Shown here piece by piece: positions 1-6,236 of a stretch of DNA of 10,878 nucleotides; position 1 is the stretch's first letter, and each line of letters starts with the position of its first letter. The notes beneath the pieces were generated by a model. It was not told the origin of the DNA, searched no databases, and saw only the letters and a list, made by a program, of their open reading frames with translations. The stretch is from positions 1 through 10,878 of the forward strand of contig JAWXBZ010000189.1 of the NCBI GenBank assembly GCA_034440375.1, written 5' to 3'. A program made the position numbers and the translations under genes. This DNA comes from Candidatus Eiseniibacteriota bacterium (GTDB taxonomy: Bacteria > Eisenbacteria > RBG-16-71-46 > JABDJR01 > JAWXBZ01).

Positions 1-261
1 CGGCCGGTCACGTTCAACACGCCGGGGCTGGTGCGACTTTTCTGCGAGATCCATCCCGGCATGCTGGGCTATGTCCTGGTCAGCCCGTCGCCGTGGACCG
101 CCGCGGCATCGCCTGAGGGAAATTTCGCCATTACCAACGTACCGCCGGGGCGTTACGACATTTTCGTCTGGCACGAACCGCTGACCGACCCGATCCGGAT
201 CGACACCGTCGAAATCGGATTGGAATCGGCGCCACTCGAACTGACAATCGCCGGAAGGTGA
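1..261 (+). CDS. Partial (5'-truncated) MauL-like cupredoxin protein with C-terminal carboxypeptidase-regulatory-like beta-sandwich
   Basis: Frame 1 is open from base 1: RPVTFNTPGLVRLFCEIHPGMLGYVLV..SPEGNFAITNVPPGRYDIFVWHEP. C-x-x-H-x-x-M (43-63) is the cupredoxin type-1 Cu ligand loop. G-x-F-x-I-x-x-VPPG-x-Y..WHE is typical of the MauL-like/carboxypeptidase-regulatory fusion family. Stop TGA 259-261. Confidence 0.8.
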   Translation, partial: RPVTFNTPGLVRLFCEIHPGMLGYVLVSPSPWTAAASPEGNFAITNVPPGRYDIFVWHEPLTDPIRIDTVEIGLESAPLELTIAGR

Positions 262-2219
262 CACCCGTGACCACTTTTCAGCTGCGGCACCGCATCCTGG
301 TGCTGTTGTGCGCGGTGCTGGTGCCGTTCGCGGCGCTGACCTTTCTGGTGGTCGAACAACGATTGCGCCACGAGGCCGTCCAGGGGTTGAACGCCAGGCT
401 TCTGGCTGCCCGCGAGTCGTTCGACGAAATTCGCCGACAGTGGCAGCTGGAACTCGAGCAGTCAGCGGCACTGGTGGCCGAACTGCCATATTTCAAGGCG
501 TCGGCGGCCGTCTACGATCCGGACGCGTCGCGTCCGGCCCAGTTCGAACAGATCGCCACGATCGAGCCGGTGGCCAGGGACATCATGGATCACCTCGATC
601 TCGACTTCATCGCGCTGACGGACCGGGATGACAACCTGATACTGGCCTTCCGGGCCGATCATCGGCTCGCCAAGAGGGATCTCGGTGAGGGATTTCACGA
701 TCTGGAGCGCCGCGTGGCCGAATCCGGCGCCGGCTCTGGGGCCATCGAAGTGGATGGTGAGATCGAACAGGTCAGCATGATTCCCGTCGTGGCCGGAGGA
801 GTGGAATTCGGGCGACTGACCATCGGCCGCCGCCTGGATGACGATCTGGCCGCGCGGGTTCGACGCATGACTCACACCGAGGTGTCGATCGTCGGCAAGA
901 GCCGTCCCCTCGCACGCTGCTGCGGAACCGCCGACCGGATCCGGGAGGATGATCTCTTCGAGTTGGTGCGCCGCTCACCGAAGCTCGGGGCCTTGAGCGG
1001 GCCGCCGGTGGAGCTGAATCTGGCCGACGAGCGCTTCCTCACACTCTGGACCCCGATCGAAGATCCCGCGGGGCGAACAATCGGGGCCTACGTCCTGCAC
1101 TCGTCGCTTGACGAAGCCCTGGGTATTGTCGCTTCGGTGCGTCAGACCTTGCTCGTTCTCTGGCTCGGGGCCGTTGTCGTGGTCATCCTGCTCTCGTTCC
1201 GTGCTTCCCGGCAGCTCACGAGCCCGATAGACGCTCTCTCTCGCGCCGCTCGTCGGGTGGCGGCCGGCGATTACGCGGCGCGGGTCCCCGAAGAGGGGGC
1301 CGAGGAACTGCAGAATCTGGCCCGGGGCTTCAACCAGATGAGCGCGGGCCTCGAGGAAAGTCATCGCCAGCTCGGCGAATACAATCAGCGGCTCATGGAG
1401 CGAACCTATGAACTCGAGGAGAGCCACCACCATCTCCTGAAGAGCACGGAGATGCTGGAACAGACCAACCGCGACCTCCGGGACATGCACGCCCAGTTGA
1501 TCCAGGCCGGCAAGATGGTGGCATTTGGAGAACTGGGGGCGGGCGTGGCCCACGAGCTGGCGCAGCCGCTGACCAGCCTGAAAGGGTTTGCCCAGCTGGC
1601 GCTGGTGCGAATGACGGTGGACGACCCCAATCGGTCGCACCTGACCCGAATCGTGCAGTCGTGCGATCACATGACGCGAATCGTGTCGTCACTCAAGAAT
1701 TTCGCCCGGATGAGCCAGTTTGATCAGGAGCCAATCAGTGTCAACGCGGTCATCGACGAGACGACCGTGTTTCTCGCCGCCCAATTCCGCAAGCACCGGG
1801 TCCGGATCGACAGCGAGCTGGACCCCGACCTGCCGCAGATCCTCGGAGACGCCAACCAGCTCCAGCAGGTCTTTACGAACCTCATGTCGAATGCCCGTGA
1901 CGCCATGGATGGGCGGGTGGATGCCAGGATCACGCTCAGCACCGGGAGGCGCTTCGGCGGACGCTACGTGGTGGCGCGCGTGCGCGATAACGGGCCGGGC
2001 GTGCCGTTGGAATTGCGCTCCAAGATTTTCCGCTCCTTCTTTACGACCAAGGATGCCGGAAAGGGAACCGGGCTTGGCCTCTCGATCAGCCGCGGAATCG
2101 TTCAGGACCATGGTGGCCGTCTCGGCGTATCGTCCTCGCACCGGGGCGGCGCGGTCTTCCATATCATCCTGCCGGTGCCGGGCGTGGCGGCCGCGCAGAA
2201 AAAAGACGCGGCCGCCTGA
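258..2219 (+). CDS. Membrane sensor histidine kinase (TM - Cache-like extracytoplasmic domain - TM - HAMP - coiled coil - HisKA - HATPase_c), NtrB/DctB-like
   Basis: Two hydrophobic helices (ILVLLCAVLVPFAALTFLVV; LLVLWLGAVVVVILLSF). HAMP (LTSPIDAL..AGDY..EELQNLARGFNQM). H-box GVAHELAQPL (His codon 1551), N-box QLQQVFTNLMSNARDAM, G1 DNGPG, F-box FFTTK, G2 GTGLGL. GTG start overlaps the upstream stop (GTGA 258-261). Confidence 0.95.
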   Translation: MTPVTTFQLRHRILVLLCAVLVPFAALTFLVVEQRLRHEAVQGLNARLLAARESFDEIRRQWQLELEQSAALVAELPYFKASAAVYDPDASRPAQFEQIATIEPVARDIMDHLDLDFIALTDRDDNLILAFRADHRLAKRDLGEGFHDLERRVAESGAGSGAIEVDGEIEQVSMIPVVAGGVEFGRLTIGRRLDDDLAARVRRMTHTEVSIVGKSRPLARCCGTADRIREDDLFELVRRSPKLGALSGPPVELNLADERFLTLWTPIEDPAGRTIGAYVLHSSLDEALGIVASVRQTLLVLWLGAVVVVILLSFRASRQLTSPIDALSRAARRVAAGDYAARVPEEGAEELQNLARGFNQMSAGLEESHRQLGEYNQRLMERTYELEESHHHLLKSTEMLEQTNRDLRDMHAQLIQAGKMVAFGELGAGVAHELAQPLTSLKGFAQLALVRMTVDDPNRSHLTRIVQSCDHMTRIVSSLKNFARMSQFDQEPISVNAVIDETTVFLAAQFRKHRVRIDSELDPDLPQILGDANQLQQVFTNLMSNARDAMDGRVDARITLSTGRRFGGRYVVARVRDNGPGVPLELRSKIFRSFFTTKDAGKGTGLGLSISRGIVQDHGGRLGVSSSHRGGAVFHIILPVPGVAAAQKKDAAA

Positions 2220-2247
2220 GCAACGTCTCCGTCACCCGGCGGCCGCG
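2199..2247 (-). terminator. Rho-independent terminator of the CHRD gene
   Basis: Minus-strand RNA: CGCGGCCGCC-GGGUGACG-[GAGA]-CGUUGCUC-A-GGCGGCCGCG followed by UCUUUUUU. 10-bp outer stem (2247-2238 with 2216-2207), 8-bp inner stem with three G-U pairs, GNRA tetraloop, starting 23 nt after the CHRD stop. The wobble pairs form only on the minus strand. Confidence 0.8.
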
Positions 2248-2270
2248 CGCGTAACCTTGTTCGATCGTGC

Positions 2271-2765
2271 CTACTGAAGCAGATTCTTGATCCGGCTCCA
2301 GGACACAGACTCCGTGCCCACCTGCTCAAGTAGCAGCTGGCCGCGAATTTCACCACCCGGCCGGAAGGTGGAGTGAATGTTGACGTACAACCGCTCCGCG
2401 AGGAGCTCCGTCACCAGGGCGGGCGTCAGTGGCTGGGTTCCGTCGCTCGATGTCCAGACGAATCCGATGACCGGGCTTCCGGGCGGCAGGTTCTTGGAGA
2501 CCCCGCCCGCAACGCCGACGGCACCGTTGTGAATGTGCTGATTTGACTGCGTGCCGATCAACCCGGAGAAACTGTAGCTGACGGTGAGTTGAGTCTGCGC
2601 GGCGTTGAGGACCGCCGTGCCGCTTCCTGAGGCCGGCGTGGCCACCGGGGGCACTTCCTGTGCTCCGTCCAGCAAGATGACGAAATTCGTCTGGGCCATG
2701 CCGACGCCGGCCAGTGTCAGCACAAGCGCGGCGGCCAGGGTCAGGCTTCGATAGATGTGTTTCAT
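2271..2765 (-). CDS. Secreted CHRD-domain protein (164 aa) with short C-terminal SWxRIK tail
   Basis: Start reassigned to ATG 2765 (AGGAGG 6 nt upstream). Signal peptide MKHIYRSLTLAAALVLTLAGVGMA-Q. CHRD motifs LDGAQEVPPV.TPASG.G, HIH, LYVNIHS...PGGEIRGQL. Tail VGTESVSWSRIKNLLQ; stop TAG 2273-2271. Confidence 0.92.
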   Translation of the reverse strand: MKHIYRSLTLAAALVLTLAGVGMAQTNFVILLDGAQEVPPVATPASGSGTAVLNAAQTQLTVSYSFSGLIGTQSNQHIHNGAVGVAGGVSKNLPPGSPVIGFVWTSSDGTQPLTPALVTELLAERLYVNIHSTFRPGGEIRGQLLLEQVGTESVSWSRIKNLLQ

Positions 2766-2814
2766 GAGCTGCCTCCTGCGGTAAGAAATCGAATGAAAAG
2801 CGGCGACCAAAGGC

Positions 2815-2843
2815 AGCGTAACACGGGAATCCCGGGCTGCCGA
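2815..2843 (-). promoter_or_regulatory. Candidate sigma70-type promoter for the CHRD gene
   Basis: Minus strand: TCGGCA (2843-2838, 4/6 to TTGACA), 17 nt, then TACGCT (2820-2815) preceded by TGt (extended -10). About 50 nt upstream of the ATG. Confidence 0.45.
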
Positions 2844-2855
2844 CAGGGACGTCCC

Positions 2856-2872
2856 AATTTGTAGGACAAAGT
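2856..2872. promoter_or_regulatory. Near-perfect AT-rich palindrome, candidate operator
   Basis: AATTTGT-AGG-ACAAAGT (6 of 7 arm positions pair), in the divergent intergenic region 2 nt upstream of TTGACG (2875-2880). Confidence 0.45.
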
Positions 2873-2874
2873 TC

Positions 2875-2904
2875 TTGACGGCGCGGGTGGAAATAGCCCA
2901 GCCT
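2875..2904 (+). promoter_or_regulatory. Candidate promoter for the mini-ORF / HTH / cytochrome unit
   Basis: TTGACG (2875-2880), 18 nt, CAGCCT (2899-2904), 6 nt, GTG (2911). The -10 is a weak match; the geometry fits a leaderless transcript. Confidence 0.3.
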
Positions 2905-2910
2905 TGACAG

Positions 2911-3021
2911 GTGACCGACATCCAACGCGCCGCTCCCACGCCGGATTTGATGATGGCCCTCGGCTTCGGTGGTCTGCACCTCCTCCTCGGAACCCTGATC
3001 GCGGGGCGTCATGGCGGCTGA
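2911..3021 (+). pseudogene. 36-aa mini-ORF, probable internally deleted remnant of the membrane protein gene that usually precedes HTH_34 regulators
   Basis: GTG 2911 to TGA 3019-3021 reads MTDIQRAAPTPDLMMALGFGGLHLLLGTLIAGRHGG. The GFGGLH...G..IA.RHGG* end matches, from my recollection of the family, the C-terminus of ~200-aa hypothetical membrane proteins encoded just upstream of these regulators. It overlaps the regulator start (ATGGCGGCTGA). An in-frame TGA at 2905 rules out a longer version here. Confidence 0.6.
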
Positions 3022-3385
3022 GAGGGCCCGACGCCGCGAGGGACGACCCCTGGAATCCCCCGCGCCGCAACTCGTGGCGGGTCCGGGCAAGCCGGACATT
3101 GATCCCCTGGTACACGAACGACTGCGTCTGAAAATACTCAGCACCCTGGCCGTCCGGCCATTGATTACCTTCAACGAATTGAAGGAAGTCATCGGAGCCA
3201 CCGATGGCAACCTGAGCGTGCATGCCCGGCGCCTTGAGGAGGCGGGCTACCTCGATTGCCTCAAGGAATTTGCGGGCCGCGTACCGCGAACCAAATTTCG
3301 CATCACACCGGCTGGCAGCCGGGCCCTGGCCCGCTACCTGGATCATATGGAAAGCCTGATTCGAATCGCACGAGGGAAATCGTGA
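3011..3385 (+). CDS. Winged helix-turn-helix transcriptional regulator (HTH_34 type, ArsR/MarR-like)
   Basis: IDPLVHERLRLKILSTL..TFNELKEVIGATDGNLSVHARRLEEAGYL.C.KEFAGRVPRT.FRITPAG. The TDGNLS.H..LEEAGY signature is characteristic of the family. Confidence 0.92.
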   Translation: MAAERARRREGRPLESPAPQLVAGPGKPDIDPLVHERLRLKILSTLAVRPLITFNELKEVIGATDGNLSVHARRLEEAGYLDCLKEFAGRVPRTKFRITPAGSRALARYLDHMESLIRIARGKS

Positions 3386-5727
3386 TTTGGAGAGTGCGGC
3401 AGCCGACATACGGGCCCGCCGTATTCGGCTTCAGCCGGTCCGGCCTTGCCGCGCTTTTCATCACTGTGGCGGGCAGCACTCTCGCACCGGTGCGGGTTGA
3501 CGCCACGCCGCCGGCCGTGACCGTCCTTTCGCCCAATGGTGGCCAGAGCTGGCCGGGCGAGGGGCTGCAGACCGTCACCTGGGTCGCCACCGATGACGAT
3601 GGCGTTTCGAGCATCGACCTCTTCTATCGGGAATCCGACGCCGCCGCCTGGACGATGATCGCCCGGGGGCTCAGTAATTCCGGTTCGTTCAGCTGGGGCG
3701 TGCACCACACGCCCACGGGTCAGGCGCGGGTGCGCGTTGTGGCCCGGGACGCCCTGAACAACCTGGGCGAGGACATTAGCAACAACGTGTTTGCGATTAC
3801 CGCGGTGAGTGGACGGATTCCGACCACGCTGCGCGACTTTCGGATGCCCGGAACGCAACCGTTCGGCCTGATCGGGTTCACCCGGAGCAGCAATTGCCAG
3901 ACCTGTCATGGCGGCTACGACACGGCTGCCGAGCCCGCACATGCCTGGAAGGGCTCCATGATGGCCCAGGCGGGCCGCGATCCCCTGTTCTACGCCTGCC
4001 TGGCTATCGCCAACCAGGATGCGCCTTCCTCGGGGGACATGTGCATCCGGTGCCACTCGCCGTTCGGGTGGGTGGAGGGGCGGAGCCAGCCGACGGACGG
4101 CTCGTCGTTGATCGCTGCCGACCGGGACGGTGTTTCCTGCGATCACTGCCACCGGATGGTCGATCCCGTTTACCAGCCGGGCGTCAGCCCACCGGAAGAT
4201 CTGGCGGTCCTGTCGGCGCTCCCCCCGGCTGACCTCCCAACCGGTTACTCCAACGGTCAGTACGTCATCGACACCAACAACCGAAAACGCGGCCCCTACA
4301 CGGACGCGACCACCTCGCCCCACCCCAGACTGGCCGCCGCCTTCACGCGTTCCTCGGCCCTGTGCGGTACCTGTCACGACGTCTCCAATCCCGTGTACGA
4401 GCGGGTTGCCGACGATGACTACGCACCGGGCCCGTTCGATGACGAACCCGGGTCCGTTCAGTCGTCGGTTCATCAGCCGATCGAGCGAACCTACAGCGAA
4501 TGGACCGCGAGTTCGTTTCCGGCCGGTGTTTACGCGCCCGAATTCGCCGGAGCCCTGCCTTCCGGCATCGTTTCGACCTGCCAGGACTGTCACATGGCCG
4601 ATGTGGTGGGAAAGGGGTGCAACAACGTCAATGCGCCAACCCGGAATGACCTGGGATTCCACGATTTCACCGGCGGCAATGCCTGGATGCCCGGCGTGAT
4701 CGCCGGACTGTACCCGGGTGAGGTCGACGCGGTGGCGCTGGCCGCGGCGGCCACCCGGGCCCGGGCCATGCTGGCGAAGGCAGCGGTCCTCGACATTGAG
4801 TTGAGCGTGGTGGGTGGCGGACTCACGGCCACGGTCACTGTTACCAATCGGACGGGTCACAAGCTGCCGACCGGCTACCCGGAGGGGCGTCGCATGTGGA
4901 TCCACCTGGTGGCCTACAATGGCGTCGGTGCCATCATTTATGAGTCCGGTGCCTACAACGCGGCCACGGGCGTGCTGACTCATGACCCCGCGGCCCGCAT
5001 CTATGAAATCGAGCTGGGGCTGACCTCACCGATCGCCGCACTGGCCGGCCTGCTTCCAGGTCCCTCGTTTCACTTCGTCCTGAACGACACGATCTACAAG
5101 GACAACCGCATCCCACCGGCCGGATTCACCAACGCCGCGTTTCTGGCATTTGGCGCCCGCCCGGTTGAGTCGGGGCATCCGATGCCTCGCTATCCGGACG
5201 GGCAGAACTGGGACAGCGGCGTGTATGCGCTGCCGCTCGCCACCCGCAAGGTGGTGGCGACGCTCAGGTACCAGTCGACTTCGAAGGAGTACGTCGAGTT
5301 CCTGCGGGACGAAAACAGCACCAACAACGCCGGGCAGACGCTTTACGACAGCTGGGTGGCCAGCGGTCGGGCCGCGCCGGTGAACATGGCCGCCGATTCG
5401 GTGGTCATCGGGACCAGCGATGTCGTTGCCGACCGGTTGAACGCTGCGGACGCCGAGGTTCGATTGGCGCCGCTGGCCAATCCATTTCGAGGCAAGCTCG
5501 GGCTGGCGCTCGAACTACCCGGTCCGAGCGAGGTATCGTGGATCATCGTCGACGTCCAGGGGCGCCGCATCAGCGAAGGATATGCCGGACTCCTCGGTGG
5601 TGGGGCCCACCTGCTCGCCTGGGACGGCCATCGCAAGGATGGAGCCGACGCCCCCCCGGGGCTCTATTGGGCCCGCGTCCGGGTGGGCCGGGTGATGCGG
5701 ACGGTCCGGCTCGTCAAACTCCCCTGA
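3382..5727 (+). CDS. Secreted pentaheme c-type cytochrome (c554/c552-4-like) with N-terminal Ig-like domain and C-terminal FlgD-Ig/T9SS-CTD-like domain
   Basis: Start reassigned to GTG 3382 (GTGA overlap with regulator stop, GAGGGA upstream, followed by a signal-like hydrophobic stretch). Five CxxCH: 3895-3909, 4042-4056, 4138-4152, 4363-4377, 4579-4593. Family motifs WKGSMMAQAGRDPLF, PIERTYSEW, GHKLPTGYPEGRRMW. Ig-like DATPPAVTVLSPNGG..W (~3499-3801). C-terminal NPF...IVDVQGRRI...WDG...GLYWARV (~5410-5727). Confidence 0.9.
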   Translation: MIWRVRQPTYGPAVFGFSRSGLAALFITVAGSTLAPVRVDATPPAVTVLSPNGGQSWPGEGLQTVTWVATDDDGVSSIDLFYRESDAAAWTMIARGLSNSGSFSWGVHHTPTGQARVRVVARDALNNLGEDISNNVFAITAVSGRIPTTLRDFRMPGTQPFGLIGFTRSSNCQTCHGGYDTAAEPAHAWKGSMMAQAGRDPLFYACLAIANQDAPSSGDMCIRCHSPFGWVEGRSQPTDGSSLIAADRDGVSCDHCHRMVDPVYQPGVSPPEDLAVLSALPPADLPTGYSNGQYVIDTNNRKRGPYTDATTSPHPRLAAAFTRSSALCGTCHDVSNPVYERVADDDYAPGPFDDEPGSVQSSVHQPIERTYSEWTASSFPAGVYAPEFAGALPSGIVSTCQDCHMADVVGKGCNNVNAPTRNDLGFHDFTGGNAWMPGVIAGLYPGEVDAVALAAAATRARAMLAKAAVLDIELSVVGGGLTATVTVTNRTGHKLPTGYPEGRRMWIHLVAYNGVGAIIYESGAYNAATGVLTHDPAARIYEIELGLTSPIAALAGLLPGPSFHFVLNDTIYKDNRIPPAGFTNAAFLAFGARPVESGHPMPRYPDGQNWDSGVYALPLATRKVVATLRYQSTSKEYVEFLRDENSTNNAGQTLYDSWVASGRAAPVNMAADSVVIGTSDVVADRLNAADAEVRLAPLANPFRGKLGLALELPGPSEVSWIIVDVQGRRISEGYAGLLGGGAHLLAWDGHRKDGADAPPGLYWARVRVGRVMRTVRLVKLP

Positions 5728-5757
5728 GTCCGGGGGGAGCCGGGGGCCGGAAAGAGT

Positions 5758-5774
5758 TATGCTAACGGGCCATG
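5758..5774 (+). promoter_or_regulatory. Candidate -10 box directly ahead of the MarR start (leaderless-type)
   Basis: TATGCT, 8 nt, ATG, with no well-placed Shine-Dalgarno. Overlaps a small palindrome GTTA-TGC-TAAC (5756-5766). Confidence 0.4.
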
Positions 5775-6236
5775 GGTGACACGCTTCGCAATCGGATCCA
5801 ACAGAGCCGTTTCGAAAGTCCGGTTCAGGAAGCCATTCTCAACATCCTGGTGGCGGCTGGACATGTGCGCGAGCGGGTCAACCGTCTCTGCGTCGTCCAT
5901 GACATCAGCAATACTCAGTTCAATGTCCTTCGGATATTGAGAGGCGGACCGGCCGAAGGGTATTCGCGCCACGAGATCCAGGAGCGGCTGGTCGAGCGGG
6001 CTCCCGACGTGACCCGTCTTATTGATCGGCTGGAATCGCGGGGCCTGGTTGTTCGAACCCGGTCGGACACGGACCGTCGGCTTTCGGTCACGCATATCAC
6101 TCCCGCGGGGCTGACCCTGCTGCTGGAACTCCAGCCGCACATTTCAGGGCTGATGGCTCAACTGGCCACCCGGCTGAACGACGAGGACTGCCACGAACTG
6201 AGCCGGATTTGCGAACTCATATACTCCGAGGAGTAG
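5772..6236 (+). CDS. MarR-family transcriptional regulator
   Basis: ISNTQFNVLRILRG, PDVTRLIDRLESRGLVVRTRSDTDRR..ITPAG: MarR recognition helix and DRR wing motif; 154 aa. Confidence 0.93.
   Translation: MGDTLRNRIQQSRFESPVQEAILNILVAAGHVRERVNRLCVVHDISNTQFNVLRILRGGPAEGYSRHEIQERLVERAPDVTRLIDRLESRGLVVRTRSDTDRRLSVTHITPAGLTLLLELQPHISGLMAQLATRLNDEDCHELSRICELIYSEE

Noticed and set aside
2904-2909. Perfect TTGACA hexamer
   Set aside because: No -10-like hexamer 16-18 nt downstream, and it lies immediately before the mini-ORF start.
2766-2939. ORF-track N-terminal extension of the CHRD protein
   Set aside because: AGGAGG-N6-ATG at 2765 is followed directly by a signal peptide; the extension covers the promoter region.
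3256-3381. ORF-track N-terminal extension of the cytochrome
   Set aside because: It lies inside the HTH gene. GTG 3382 has a stop/start overlap and a purine-rich SD-like run, and puts the signal peptide at the N-terminus.
3895-4593. Assignment of the pentaheme protein as NrfA/NrfB or an OmcS/OmcZ nanowire
   Set aside because: No CxxCK active-site motif, and size, heme spacing and gene context do not fit these families.
3343-4983. 546-aa antisense ORF, and similar long shadow ORFs at 975-1670, 2350-3210, 2762-3409, 6373-6975 and 7860-8780
   Set aside because: They lie opposite or out of frame with well-supported genes and have no recognisable motifs. Long stop-free shadow frames are expected in high-GC coding DNA.
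5706-5750. G-rich stretch and short hairpins after the cytochrome stop, as a terminator or G-quadruplex
   Set aside because: Stems are only 6-7 bp, there is no U-tract, and only two long G-runs; not enough support.
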